The notes beneath the pieces are model-generated. The model saw only the letters and a list, made by a program, of their open reading frames with translations, was not told where the DNA came from and searched no databases. Of a stretch of 64,000 nucleotides of DNA, positions 10,419-20,504 are shown one piece after another. This DNA is from Candidatus Undinarchaeota archaeon (GTDB taxonomy: Archaea; Undinarchaeota; CAZWFW01). Each line of letters opens with the position of its first letter. Within the stretch, counting starts at the first letter, position 1. The stretch spans positions 6,339 through 70,338 of the forward strand of contig CAZWFW010000001.1 of NCBI GenBank assembly GCA_964633445.1, written 5' to 3'. Made by a program: the position numbers and the translations under genes.

Positions 10419-10991
10419 TTGATAATGGGTGGTTCTTTACCAAGAATAACAAAGGTTTTGGTATGCGTTATGATAACTGTTGGTGTTCTTATAGTATTAT
10501 TTCTGAATATAAACAAGAATATGAGTGGATTTGAATGTCCAAAATATACCCCACCATCTCCAGATTTTTGCAAAGATGGGATAATTATCACAGGATTAAA
10601 AGATTTTAGGGGTTGTAATCTTCCTCCATATTGCTTTAAGAGCGTATCTATGAAACCGCCTTTAAAGAAAATGAACAATAGTGCTATGATATCAAATCCA
10701 GCAGCTGTGTACTGCGAGGCGCTTGGTTATAAATTCAAGATACTGAATGAGGAAAAGGGGCAGAGAGGCTATTGTATATTTCCCGATAATAGTAATTGCA
10801 CCGCATGGTCTTTCTTTGCGGGAGAATGTGGAAAAGAGTGGAGCTATTGTGAAAGATACTTAGGAGGAAAAATTATAGGATATAAACCCTGTAGCGTATC
10901 TACCAAATGCGCTGTATGTAAAGTTAAATTAGATACTACAAGAGAATGTCTTGAATGGAATTTGGTGAGAGGGTTCTGTAGAAATGAATGA
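10419..10991 (+). CDS. secreted Cys-rich protein with DUF333/COG3042-like (putative hemolysin family) motif
   Basis: N-terminal TM/signal. The motif ISNPAAVYCEALGYKF...GQRGYCIFPDNSNCTAWSFFAGECG resembles the DUF333 signature NPAxxYC..GG..C.F.DGS.C..W.F..G.C. Confidence 0.45.
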   Translation: MIMGGSLPRITKVLVCVMITVGVLIVLFLNINKNMSGFECPKYTPPSPDFCKDGIIITGLKDFRGCNLPPYCFKSVSMKPPLKKMNNSAMISNPAAVYCEALGYKFKILNEEKGQRGYCIFPDNSNCTAWSFFAGECGKEWSYCERYLGGKIIGYKPCSVSTKCAVCKVKLDTTRECLEWNLVRGFCRNE

Positions 10992-10993
10992 GA

Positions 10994-11066
10994 AGCCCCG
11001 ACCGGGATTTGAACCCGGGACCTCCGCTTTACCAGAGCGGCGCTCTACCAGCTGAGCTACCGGGGC
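10994..11066 (-). tRNA. tRNA-Thr (anticodon GGU)
   Basis: Hand-folded. Acceptor GCCCCGG/UCGGGGC. D stem GCUC/GAGC. Anticodon stem CCGCU/AGCGG with loop CUGGUAA. T stem CCGGG/CCCGG with loop UUCAAAU. Discriminator U. Confidence 0.85.
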
Positions 11067-11140
11067 ATCATTTTTATTTTAAGCAAATTCATAAAATATA
11101 AAAGTGTTGCTAGAGCTCTTGGAAAATAAATCTGCAAGAT

Positions 11141-12013
11141 TTACAAATTTTCAGATTTCAAAATTTCCCTTAGATACTCTATATTTCCTTCAGCACTTTC
11201 TTTTGAATTCTCAGCCCCTGGCAAATAGCCTTCAACAGTTACGTAACCATTATAGCCAATTTCCTTAAGCAAGCTTAAAACCCTAGCAATATCTATATTA
11301 CCCTCATAAAGAGGTAAATGAGGTCTGGCGCCCTTTGGACCATAGTTGTTGCTAATGTGCACATGCCCTAAATAATCTTTACATTCCTTAACGAATCTAG
11401 CAATTTCTTCTATAGAAGAGCTACCATCTCTCTGCAAATTTACATGAGCTATATCTAAGGTCAACTTTAAACCTTTCTTATGGAATCCATCATTCTCCAA
11501 GAGTTTTTTAACGTCATCTCTCGTAACCACAAGCTCTGTTTCTCTTGGATATTTAGGTTCCATATTTTCAACTGTAATCTCAACATCAAGAATTTTTGCA
11601 AATCTTAAAATTTCATCGAGACCATCTACCATTAACCTCCAGACATCTTCTTTGCTTTGGGACGGTGTAACCTTCCTGCCAGGATGAATAACCACAACCC
11701 TAGCATTTAGTATCTTTGCTAATTTTATCGATGATTTTATGCAACGCAATGAATATCTTCTCACCATAGGATTTAAACTTGCAAAATTCAAATCCCATTT
11801 TGTTGCGTGAACGGTTATATCTAAACCCAAACTTTTAAGTTTCTCCTTCCATCTCTCCCAAAACTTTATTGGATATACTTGAAGCATCCAAGGATACTCG
11901 GCCCATATCTCAACAAAATCATACCCGCATCTAGCAACAAATTCCATAGTTTTGTTAAATCCCCACTCATGCAATAAATCCCAAAGTGCTCGTGTAGAAA
12001 TTCCAAATTTCAT
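11141..12013 (-). CDS. sugar phosphate isomerase/epimerase (xylose-isomerase-like TIM barrel, AP endonuclease family 2)
   Basis: 290 aa. VVVIHPG, ITVENMEP and LDIAHVNL motifs are typical of the TIM-barrel sugar isomerase/endonuclease IV fold. Confidence 0.65.
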   Translation of the reverse strand: MKFGISTRALWDLLHEWGFNKTMEFVARCGYDFVEIWAEYPWMLQVYPIKFWERWKEKLKSLGLDITVHATKWDLNFASLNPMVRRYSLRCIKSSIKLAKILNARVVVIHPGRKVTPSQSKEDVWRLMVDGLDEILRFAKILDVEITVENMEPKYPRETELVVTRDDVKKLLENDGFHKKGLKLTLDIAHVNLQRDGSSSIEEIARFVKECKDYLGHVHISNNYGPKGARPHLPLYEGNIDIARVLSLLKEIGYNGYVTVEGYLPGAENSKESAEGNIEYLREILKSENL

Positions 12014-12063
12014 AACAATAAAAATTATGTTCTTTTGCTATGATATTAATTTTCAGTTCTAAT

Positions 12064-15000
12064 TTATTTTATAATAAGAGTTATTGCCTCGCTCTGTCCT
12101 CTTATATCACTATACATACCATAAGCTACCGCTGGCTTGGCATAAACGACGCTTGGATATTCAGCAACTAATTCATATTCTATGCTTGCCTCACCCAAAT
12201 GATTAATAAACCACGAGATTTTGTTACCATTAATTTCATACCTCACAATATTCTCACTTAAGTCATCCTTTAGCGAAGTTTCTTTAACCCTGAATCCAGG
12301 AGGTATGTAATCTTCAAGAATAACATAGTAGATATCGTTGCCCCTAATGCTTATTTTAACATTCACAACATCCCCAACCCTTGCAACTGTTTTGTTATAA
12401 CTCTTTTCAACGATTATATCTTTTTCAGGTAAAATCTGCAGCGTTTCGGTTGTTTGCTTAACAATTATGGTATAATAAGGATTGCCAATACCCTCTTTTC
12501 TTATTTCAATAACATTTCTTCCTGTTTCTAAATATTTAGTCACATCAATGATGTAAAGTTCGTCCTTATTTTCCTCAGTTACTGTAAAGCTTTGAACCTC
12601 TTTACCATTAACAAAAATGCTTAGTTTATAGTCCGCTTTTTGTTCCTTAGTAATCTTACTATACTCATATATTGCTAGCAGCGCCTCAGCAGTATCTTTT
12701 GTTGTATACCAACCGTAATATCTCTTGTTCTCAATTAACCACTTAATCGCCTCTTGAACAATTCCGTAATACTTAACATTCTCCGTTGCTAATAACGCCC
12801 TTATAGCACATGCAGTTGTTTCAACATCACCTGCAAGTGCTTTACCATGCCAATGGTTATTAACTGCCATGTCATAAAGCTTTTCGGCTAAATGGCTGGT
12901 ATCTCTTCCTGCTTTTTCATAGGCTAGGATTATTAGGGAGAGTGTGTAAGCATCCTCAACATTCTCATGATCTTCCAAATATTCAAGTGCTTTCTGAATA
13001 TGATAATCATCTTTGCTAACACCACTTTCAAGCAAAGCTAAAGTTACGTAAGCTGTCATAGCAACATCATTACCCCTTAACCAATGACTACCATGCCATG
13101 CACCATTGTATTCTTGTCTCTGCATCAAAACCCTCTGAGCCCCATCAATTATGCTCCCATCAACATAGAAACCTACCTGTTTGGCTTTAGCTAGGCCAAA
13201 TAATACGTAAGCCGTCATGAACTCATTAGTAGCATCATTTTCCCACCACCCCCATCCCCCATCGCTATGTCTAAAGCTATAAATTCTTTGTAAACCTTTA
13301 GCTATCATATCATCAAGCTTTTTCTCAAATTCCTCATCAAGCATACCTTTTTCTTTTAGAAGCATTTTGATTATGATATCAGGATATAAGCTACTCATCG
13401 TTTGTTCAACACATCCGTAAGGATACCTTGCAAGTCTTTCTACCCCTACAATTGAAATGCTTAGTAAAGTAGGTTGGATGAGGATCTTAGCATTGGTAAA
13501 TTCTGGAATAGCATTTTCGTATATCTCAAACTCCTTTTTAACATAATTGCTTTCAAGCACACCTGAAAATGATAAGGTTATTGGCTCTATCTTTGGCGTA
13601 ATCAAAATTTGCTTTCTTACGCCATCTGAATACTCGCCTGAATAAGCAACTACAGTGACATTTGCTGAGCCATAACTTGTTAACTTAACATACCAACTTA
13701 CCTCCTTCGCTTCATTTGGTCTTAATCTAACTACTTTTGTTTCATTATCCAGTATGACAAATTTCTTGGATTGAATTAAGGTAACATAAGCATCTATGCT
13801 TTCATCCAAAAAGTTAAACACCCTAGCGCTTATGGTTACCTCATCCCCAACCGTCGCTTCACTAGGCACATGAACCTTTATAAAGAAGTCTTTCTTGGCA
13901 ATAACCTCAGCATCATTATTACTTCCAACATCACAATTCTTAGAGGCTGCTAAGGCAAGAACTTGCCACGTTGTTATACTATCAGGCAATTTGAATTTTA
14001 CCTCTGCGGTACCATCTTTTGCTATAATTTCTTTCCATAAAGCTGTGTCTGGGAAGTAGTATCTTATCTCTATTCCCTTAGGAATATACCCAACACCCCT
14101 TGCCTCTTCTTCTAGCGTTTTAGGTGCCCCAATACCCGCAGCCCATTCCTCATATGTGAGATACTGTGGTGCGGCCCTCATAACCATTCCTCCCATAAGG
14201 AACATGCCTATAAGCAAGAAAACTACAACAAAAATTGCTGAGAGAATCGCTACACAAACAAGCACTGGTTTTCTCATATCTTTTCTTATAGCAGCTAAAA
14301 TGGCCAAAGCTATTATGAAAATTGGTAAAATCCAGAAGGCAGATGCTCCTGAAATTACTAAAAGAAGTAGAGAAAATGGAACAGCTAATCCAGCCAAGTA
14401 GTATCTTGTAGGTCTCCTTTTTACTTTGAGAATTACCAAAGCACCAAGCAAGGACGCAGTTGAGATGGTTGCCCACGCATCTTCATCTACATATCCGATT
14501 CCGAGAACATCAATAATTACTGCAAGAATAAATGCAGCCCCTAAGATTAAAGTTGGTAGTATAGCATACAAATATCTTGCTCTTCCAGTTTTAGCTAAAT
14601 ATACTGATGCAAGCGCTAGTGTTAGCAAAACTATAACTATAGCTAGAAGAATAAGTTTTTCAGCAATTTCGTTAACTTTCCACCTATCCACCTCAATTGC
14701 TGTTAGCGATACTCTGATGCTTTGAGCAGGGTTAGCATAATAGTGCTCAAATGGCGAGAATTTGTTTTCTTTCAGTATTTGAACAGATTTATCTATTACT
14801 GCAAAACTAACTAATGCTGAAATTGGCTTATTATCTTTAGAAACTTTAAATTTTATAGTTGCTTCTTCTCTTGGCTCATAAATTTTCTTATCGGATATTA
14901 TTTCAACATCTAGTTTCTTATCTGGCAAAACGTATATTGAAATTTCGTCATATGGGCAGGGAACACCATAACTTCCTTTAACAAGTTTTGGCGAAACATA

Positions 15001-16701
15001 TTCATAAGCATAAGTTCTATAGTAAGGATAACTGTATTTTCTGCAATCTTTTAAGACATATGCTCTTATAATAGCGTTCTGATATGAGGGCTTAGCTTTG
15101 ATAGTTAATTCAGCTTTTGCATCATTATCAAGCCTTACAGCATAGAAATCTGATGCATAAGATCCTAGAACACTCACATAAACGATTTCGTTTCTGTACT
15201 TCTCCTTTGCCAGTATGCCAAGCTTTATATCCTCGTTTTCTCTATATTCTTTCTTATCAGAGAAAACAACTATGTTTTTTTGCTCAATTTCATTAACTTG
15301 TGGTCTGCAATAAATACCCCTTCTGGAGTAATACCAGCAAGGTTTATAATTTAGGAAAATCTCTTTTTCTGCTGAATAAACACCATCATCTATGCTGAGT
15401 GTTATTTTAACATATTCAACTCCGCTTGGGTACCTGAACTTTATTAAAAACCCAGCACCCCTGCTTGCACCTTCGTCTAGTACCTCCTCCTGCAACTCGT
15501 TATCAACAATTTTATATCCTATAAGCTTCCATGTAGTTCTCGCATTACTTGCCTCTGTGCTATCAGGATATGCTATTGAAACGTAAACTTCAACATTGTC
15601 CCCCTCTCTATAAACTTCCTTGTTTTTCTGAATTTCTACATTAAATGCAGATGTTACGATGGGTATTTTCTTTATAGCTGAGGTTTCTATACCTAAAACT
15701 TCGCTTTTTGCTTCTATTACAAGGGACTTTGGATATCTCCAATAATGGTGGTAGTAATAGGGAATCTCAAAGGGAAATCTAACTATGCAAATTCCTTGGG
15801 AATTTGTTATACAGCTATCCTGTTGAATAATATTCCTTTCACGCCACCCAGATACTTCCAAATAAACCTTGTAATCGATTTTCTGGTTAACAACTGGATC
15901 TCCGAAAATATAAGTCAATTTGAATTTTACCTCAAACTCCTTATCATCCCTTGTAATCCAGTTTTTGCTCAGAATATCTAATTTAGCCTCTGGTTTTTCG
16001 TATTTTCTTATCTCGACAACCAATTTTTCAGTAGTATTCCCATATAATGCTGTAAATGAATAGTTTCCAATCTCAGCTTCTTTATCTATAGGGAAGCTAA
16101 GGGAAAAATGACTAAAATCGTCTGTCTCAACATTTTTCTTAAAGATAATTCTATTAGACGGATTTCTTACTATTAAAGCAACGGTTTTATGAGTAATTGG
16201 TGCGTATGTTCCATTGATTTGCTGCCAAACAAAACCAGCAACCTTTATTTCCTGGCCTGGCTTATAAATTTTTCTATCTGAATATAAATATATCTTAGCT
16301 TTTCTTTTCTCGATCTTTATCATTCTAGAGATCTCTCTGCTCTTACCGTGGTGCCATGCTTTAACTTTAAGCTCATAATTCCCTTCTGGTAAGTCTGGCA
16401 AAGTTATTCTTGCCATACCTGCTTTATTTGCTATTACGGTTTCCTCAAAATCGCCAATCCCAAAAGTTATTTTTGCATAAGGTAGTGGTTTGTAATCGGG
16501 GGATAATGCCATAGCAAAACCGTTAAGCTCTTCACCAGCATATTGCGTATCAGATATTTCTAAAAGCAGATTTATTTTCGTGTATTTGTTGTATAAATAG
16601 AAAAGCTTAGATAACCATAGCGGTGATGAGAAAAGCAGAATGCTTAAAGCTATAAGAGATATTATCGCAAACTTCAATTTTCTAAAAGAAACTTTTTTCA
16701 T
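12064..16701 (-). CDS. alpha-2-macroglobulin-like thioester-containing protein with an internal multi-helix transmembrane module
   Basis: 1545 aa with a signal peptide and beta-rich MG-like repeats. IRYYFPDTALWKEII matches the A2M post-bait FPETWLW motif. Thioester motif GCVEQ is at nt 13403-13417. An alpha-helical TED-like region follows (YVLFGLAKAK, AYVTLALLESG, LSLIILAYEKAG). About 170 hydrophobic residues (roughly 6 TM helices) are encoded at about 14160-14665. Confidence 0.8.
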   Translation of the reverse strand: MKKVSFRKLKFAIISLIALSILLFSSPLWLSKLFYLYNKYTKINLLLEISDTQYAGEELNGFAMALSPDYKPLPYAKITFGIGDFEETVIANKAGMARITLPDLPEGNYELKVKAWHHGKSREISRMIKIEKRKAKIYLYSDRKIYKPGQEIKVAGFVWQQINGTYAPITHKTVALIVRNPSNRIIFKKNVETDDFSHFSLSFPIDKEAEIGNYSFTALYGNTTEKLVVEIRKYEKPEAKLDILSKNWITRDDKEFEVKFKLTYIFGDPVVNQKIDYKVYLEVSGWRERNIIQQDSCITNSQGICIVRFPFEIPYYYHHYWRYPKSLVIEAKSEVLGIETSAIKKIPIVTSAFNVEIQKNKEVYREGDNVEVYVSIAYPDSTEASNARTTWKLIGYKIVDNELQEEVLDEGASRGAGFLIKFRYPSGVEYVKITLSIDDGVYSAEKEIFLNYKPCWYYSRRGIYCRPQVNEIEQKNIVVFSDKKEYRENEDIKLGILAKEKYRNEIVYVSVLGSYASDFYAVRLDNDAKAELTIKAKPSYQNAIIRAYVLKDCRKYSYPYYRTYAYEYVSPKLVKGSYGVPCPYDEISIYVLPDKKLDVEIISDKKIYEPREEATIKFKVSKDNKPISALVSFAVIDKSVQILKENKFSPFEHYYANPAQSIRVSLTAIEVDRWKVNEIAEKLILLAIVIVLLTLALASVYLAKTGRARYLYAILPTLILGAAFILAVIIDVLGIGYVDEDAWATISTASLLGALVILKVKRRPTRYYLAGLAVPFSLLLLVISGASAFWILPIFIIALAILAAIRKDMRKPVLVCVAILSAIFVVVFLLIGMFLMGGMVMRAAPQYLTYEEWAAGIGAPKTLEEEARGVGYIPKGIEIRYYFPDTALWKEIIAKDGTAEVKFKLPDSITTWQVLALAASKNCDVGSNNDAEVIAKKDFFIKVHVPSEATVGDEVTISARVFNFLDESIDAYVTLIQSKKFVILDNETKVVRLRPNEAKEVSWYVKLTSYGSANVTVVAYSGEYSDGVRKQILITPKIEPITLSFSGVLESNYVKKEFEIYENAIPEFTNAKILIQPTLLSISIVGVERLARYPYGCVEQTMSSLYPDIIIKMLLKEKGMLDEEFEKKLDDMIAKGLQRIYSFRHSDGGWGWWENDATNEFMTAYVLFGLAKAKQVGFYVDGSIIDGAQRVLMQRQEYNGAWHGSHWLRGNDVAMTAYVTLALLESGVSKDDYHIQKALEYLEDHENVEDAYTLSLIILAYEKAGRDTSHLAEKLYDMAVNNHWHGKALAGDVETTACAIRALLATENVKYYGIVQEAIKWLIENKRYYGWYTTKDTAEALLAIYEYSKITKEQKADYKLSIFVNGKEVQSFTVTEENKDELYIIDVTKYLETGRNVIEIRKEGIGNPYYTIIVKQTTETLQILPEKDIIVEKSYNKTVARVGDVVNVKISIRGNDIYYVILEDYIPPGFRVKETSLKDDLSENIVRYEINGNKISWFINHLGEASIEYELVAEYPSVVYAKPAVAYGMYSDIRGQSEAITLIIK

Positions 16702-16707
16702 GAAAAT

Positions 16708-18504
16708 TCACCACATAACCTTCTTAATGGCATTCCTTTTCCATACTATGATTATAATGAAAAGAATTAGCAAAAATGTCCAGAGAATCTTAGACTCAAG
16801 CTTCATGCCAACAACCTCAACATAAACTTCCTCATTCGGTTTCAAATTTCTAAATTTCCCTTCCAAATACTTATTCATTCTTGGAATCTCTATTTCTATT
16901 GGTACACCTCTCTTTGTTACAACAACCTCCTCAACTTGCTTCTCAACACCTATCTCCCTTAAAACTTGAGCTTGCTGAGCAAAAAATCCTTTACCACCCA
17001 GCGTTATTTGTCTATATGGTCTTGTGGGAATAAATTCAACAATCTTCAACTCCATTTCAGGTTTCGAGCTCATTTTCAATTTTTTGAAATCTGTTGGCAG
17101 ACCTAGCTTAATCGCCCCTTCAAGAATTGGTGCTGAAATCTTGGGCAAATACGCTAAGTAAGTTAATAGAACATTTCCTTTTTGAACATTATCTTGTGTG
17201 TAGATTACTATTAATTCGAAATCTCTATAGTCATTACCAACTTTTTCTGAAAGAGGCAGAGGAATTTTTATTTTTTCTTGCTCCTTATAGGCGAAAGCAT
17301 TTTCACCGTCTATCAAAGCTCCCCAGAACGTTGCATTATCTGGCAAAGTCAACTCCAATGTTTTACCAGGCTCCGTATTTACAATGCGATACGTTGCTTT
17401 AACAAGTGCAAAATCCTTTGTAGGTAATATATCGTACGTTGCTTGCTTAATAATAGTAGCTAAAACACCTACTTCCTCAACTTTTTCTTTGGATATAAGC
17501 AGAGAAAATTTTTGGCCTTCATACGTTGCCACCAAAACGTAATCTGCAGCATATTTTCTTCCAAAATCCAGCAAATCCTGCCTTTCATACGGGGATATCT
17601 CCCTTACATTAGTTGCAGATGTAACGTTAATCTCAAATCCCTTTGCATATACTGCCAATGCACAAGCATACGCATCTGTAGCTCCTTTTTCTAAAAATAT
17701 CGTTGGCTGTGTAATATTGAGAGTTAGAACTTCAAATTTAAGCGTTAATAGAAGACTGTTTGTAGATCTAGGCAAGACTGCTGAGAGAGTATTATTTTCA
17801 ATCTCAGCAAAATCTAAAAGATGATAGTCGCTTCCAGCATAAGTGGCTATCGCATCCTCCAATCTATAGTTTGATGGGAAACTTAATTTTATGTAATTAA
17901 AGCTACCCGCGGATGTTGGGTGATATATAAATATTGCTTTGTCCTTATCTGCTAGGGTTATTATAGCATATGCCCTCTCTATTTCCTGCGGTAAAGTTAT
18001 CTCCTGCCATTCAGATTTAACATTTAGAGAATTTGCATTTGTAACCAGCCAAACAATCTTGTTTTCAACCCATTCATAGGGTTCAGGAGTGGGGTGAACC
18101 TTTAATTTTCTATAAAATTCATTATCGAACTCATATTCCATCTCCAAAATTTTTGCGGGGCTTGGCAAAGAAATTGAAGATTCCGCCTTATTCTTACAAA
18201 TCTTAATCCCATCAGCTAAGATTATATGTTTACCAGAAGTTAAATTAATTTTAAGCAAGTTGTAAGCATATTGCTCCTCAGAAACTGGGTTATTATCTAC
18301 ATAAACATCTTCAACAGCAAAATCCCCTAATGGCAGAGTGATTGTTGTATTCCTGAATGCTGAAATTTCTATTCTTAGCGAGACATCGCACTTATTCTCA
18401 GAAATCTTGTAAGCAAGTTCGTATTTATTTATGGTGTAATCCTGAGCATGTGCGTAATTCAAGCTTGTCAAGACCAGTAAAAGTAATATAAACAGACCCC
18501 TCAT
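16708..18504 (-). CDS. secreted protein with C-terminal TM anchor (hypothetical; co-operonic with A2M-like gene)
   Basis: 598 aa. Signal peptide MRGLFILLLLVLTSLNYAHA and a C-terminal hydrophobic helix ILWTFLLILFIIIIVW. The stop lies 7 nt before the A2M start codon. Confidence 0.55.
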   Translation of the reverse strand: MRGLFILLLLVLTSLNYAHAQDYTINKYELAYKISENKCDVSLRIEISAFRNTTITLPLGDFAVEDVYVDNNPVSEEQYAYNLLKINLTSGKHIILADGIKICKNKAESSISLPSPAKILEMEYEFDNEFYRKLKVHPTPEPYEWVENKIVWLVTNANSLNVKSEWQEITLPQEIERAYAIITLADKDKAIFIYHPTSAGSFNYIKLSFPSNYRLEDAIATYAGSDYHLLDFAEIENNTLSAVLPRSTNSLLLTLKFEVLTLNITQPTIFLEKGATDAYACALAVYAKGFEINVTSATNVREISPYERQDLLDFGRKYAADYVLVATYEGQKFSLLISKEKVEEVGVLATIIKQATYDILPTKDFALVKATYRIVNTEPGKTLELTLPDNATFWGALIDGENAFAYKEQEKIKIPLPLSEKVGNDYRDFELIVIYTQDNVQKGNVLLTYLAYLPKISAPILEGAIKLGLPTDFKKLKMSSKPEMELKIVEFIPTRPYRQITLGGKGFFAQQAQVLREIGVEKQVEEVVVTKRGVPIEIEIPRMNKYLEGKFRNLKPNEEVYVEVVGMKLESKILWTFLLILFIIIIVWKRNAIKKVMW

Positions 18505-19130
18505 CTTACAACGCTTGCTTTTTCTACAAATCCATAGCTTGCCTCAGCTAGGATTCCCGCTCTTACTTTTGGGGTCGGATGGAAAAGTAGATCCACAAAT
18601 TGAACTAGTGTAAAGATAAGAATACATAAAGTTACTATAATTAAAATAACTGTCTCCCAATCTTTTCTCTTTTCATGCTTAAAATATAAGTAAAGATATC
18701 TTATACTTGCAGCACCTCCTAACCATATTGAGATTATATGTAACACTACTGGCGAATGATCTGTTAAACTATAAAGAATGTTTAACGGTAGGATGGCAAG
18801 CATGACTAAAGTTGCTACCAAAAAAGTTACAAGGTTTCTTGAAAATGCATTAATAACAGTGTCTCTTGAGCCAAAAATCCATGTAAGCATATAAAGAGGA
18901 ATTGTTGCAAAAAGAATTGTTAAAATTTCTGTTACAGGAAATTTCCACGCAAATGCTAAAGATGTTTGGAAAATTTTATCTAATAAGTATCCGTAGATTG
19001 CCCCATAGATTGAGGAAAATATAATAAGCGCCAAGGAAAAATATAAGACGGTTATTTTTTCCTTGTTTAGCATATCAAAACTCTTCTCAGGCTTTTTTAG
19101 GAGAGATATTACTGCTGTTATAGCACCCAT
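18501..19130 (-). CDS. polytopic membrane protein (hypothetical), first gene of the A2M cluster
   Basis: 209 aa with about 6 hydrophobic helices. 4-nt overlap (ATGA-type) with the downstream 598-aa gene. Confidence 0.5.
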   Translation of the reverse strand: MGAITAVISLLKKPEKSFDMLNKEKITVLYFSLALIIFSSIYGAIYGYLLDKIFQTSLAFAWKFPVTEILTILFATIPLYMLTWIFGSRDTVINAFSRNLVTFLVATLVMLAILPLNILYSLTDHSPVVLHIISIWLGGAASIRYLYLYFKHEKRKDWETVILIIVTLCILIFTLVQFVDLLFHPTPKVRAGILAEASYGFVEKASVVR

Positions 19131-19295
19131 ACCAAATAGTATAGGTTACTGCTAAACTTTATAAAATTAACTTTTGCGTTGTATCTTGGTTTCTGTAGCT
19201 ATTGTTTGGTGATTTTGTTCATGATAAAATGCGGAAATTGCGATCATATAGTAACTTTCAAAGCAAAAAGGGTGTAAAATTGAGATAGGGGAGTA

Positions 19296-20252
19296 TCAAC
19301 CAAGACTTGCTAGAAACTTTATTCTCTTAAGAGTATTCGGATGTGTGCTAAGCAACTCCATAATTCTTTCGGCAAATCCTACTCTTATTTTCTTACTCCT
19401 TAAAGCTGCAAGCTCGTCTTCTTCAATTTTTCCACTCATATCCATATCGATTTGCTTTAATTCAGTAATTTCGTTGTAAGCCCTTGAAACATCATTTAAA
19501 AAGAATGCCTTTAATCCCTCAACTCTCCTCAATTCGCTTTCATCACTTCTTGCGGAACCATAAACTATCTTGTAAAGCGCTGAAGCTAGAGCGCTTGGCT
19601 TATTACCAAGCTTAACACTCCCTAAATCAGCATAGTACTCTCTTATTCTTGAAGCATATAGAACGACAAGATTTGTTATTAGGTAAAATATAAATGCTGC
19701 TAACCCAATTATTATTGCTTGCGCTGGTCTTTCCTCAAATGCTGCAACATAAATACTGTTTCTTGCGATCATCCAGCAAATTAGTGGTATTGCGCTTAAC
19801 ATCGTAATTATTATGACATCCCTATTTTTCAAGTGCGAAATTTCGTGCCCTAAAACAGCTTTTAATTCCTCTCTATCAAGCAACTCTACTATTCCTCTTG
19901 TTACACAAACTCTACCATCTCCAACTCCTCTGCCAAATGCAAATGCGTTTGGTATGCTTAAGTTGCATATACCAACTTTAGGTTTTCTAATTTTTGCTTT
20001 TCTCGCGAGCTCTTCAACAATTTCATGCAACTCTGGGTATTCCTCTTTGCTAATATATCTTACACCCATGCTAAGCTCCACAATCTTAGGACCGATAAGA
20101 TATTGGATAAAGAGAAGAAAACATGCGAAAGATACTGCAAACGCAATGCTATAAAATCCAAAAATAACACTTACTATAGATGCTATAGCATAGAATAAAG
20201 CAAATGCTAGCATCAAAACAAAAAACATCTTTATTCTTAGGATAAATGTCAT
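19296..20252 (-). CDS. htpX: HtpX-like M48 zinc metalloprotease
   Basis: HExxH zinc site in LGHEISHLKNRD, N-terminal TM helices, and a downstream Glu-containing region typical of M48 peptidases. Confidence 0.8.
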   Translation of the reverse strand: MTFILRIKMFFVLMLAFALFYAIASIVSVIFGFYSIAFAVSFACFLLFIQYLIGPKIVELSMGVRYISKEEYPELHEIVEELARKAKIRKPKVGICNLSIPNAFAFGRGVGDGRVCVTRGIVELLDREELKAVLGHEISHLKNRDVIIITMLSAIPLICWMIARNSIYVAAFEERPAQAIIIGLAAFIFYLITNLVVLYASRIREYYADLGSVKLGNKPSALASALYKIVYGSARSDESELRRVEGLKAFFLNDVSRAYNEITELKQIDMDMSGKIEEDELAALRSKKIRVGFAERIMELLSTHPNTLKRIKFLASLG

Positions 20253-20504
20253 AATTTTTTAACTTAAAGTGAACTATTTAAAAATTTTTATCAATGTATG
20301 GCTGAAAGAGTTTAGCCTGCCAGATTTCTGAAAAAGTTAAAGAAAATTTGAGAAAAAGTATTTAGAAGATTGGATGATTGATGGTTTGTTGACCATGGAG
20401 TATGTAGAATACCTATGGCCCTTTAACAAGGAAAAATAACTATTTTAAAAACTTATTGCGAGTATCAGGTGTTAGTTTTTCAAACATAATAAAGTTTAAA
20501 TATT

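Noticed and set aside
14150-14725. Three ORFs (81-108 aa, both strands) overlapping the hydrophobic block of the A2M-like gene
   Set aside because: They lie antisense to, or out of frame with, the codons for the TM helices. Such regions commonly give open antisense frames. There is no independent support.
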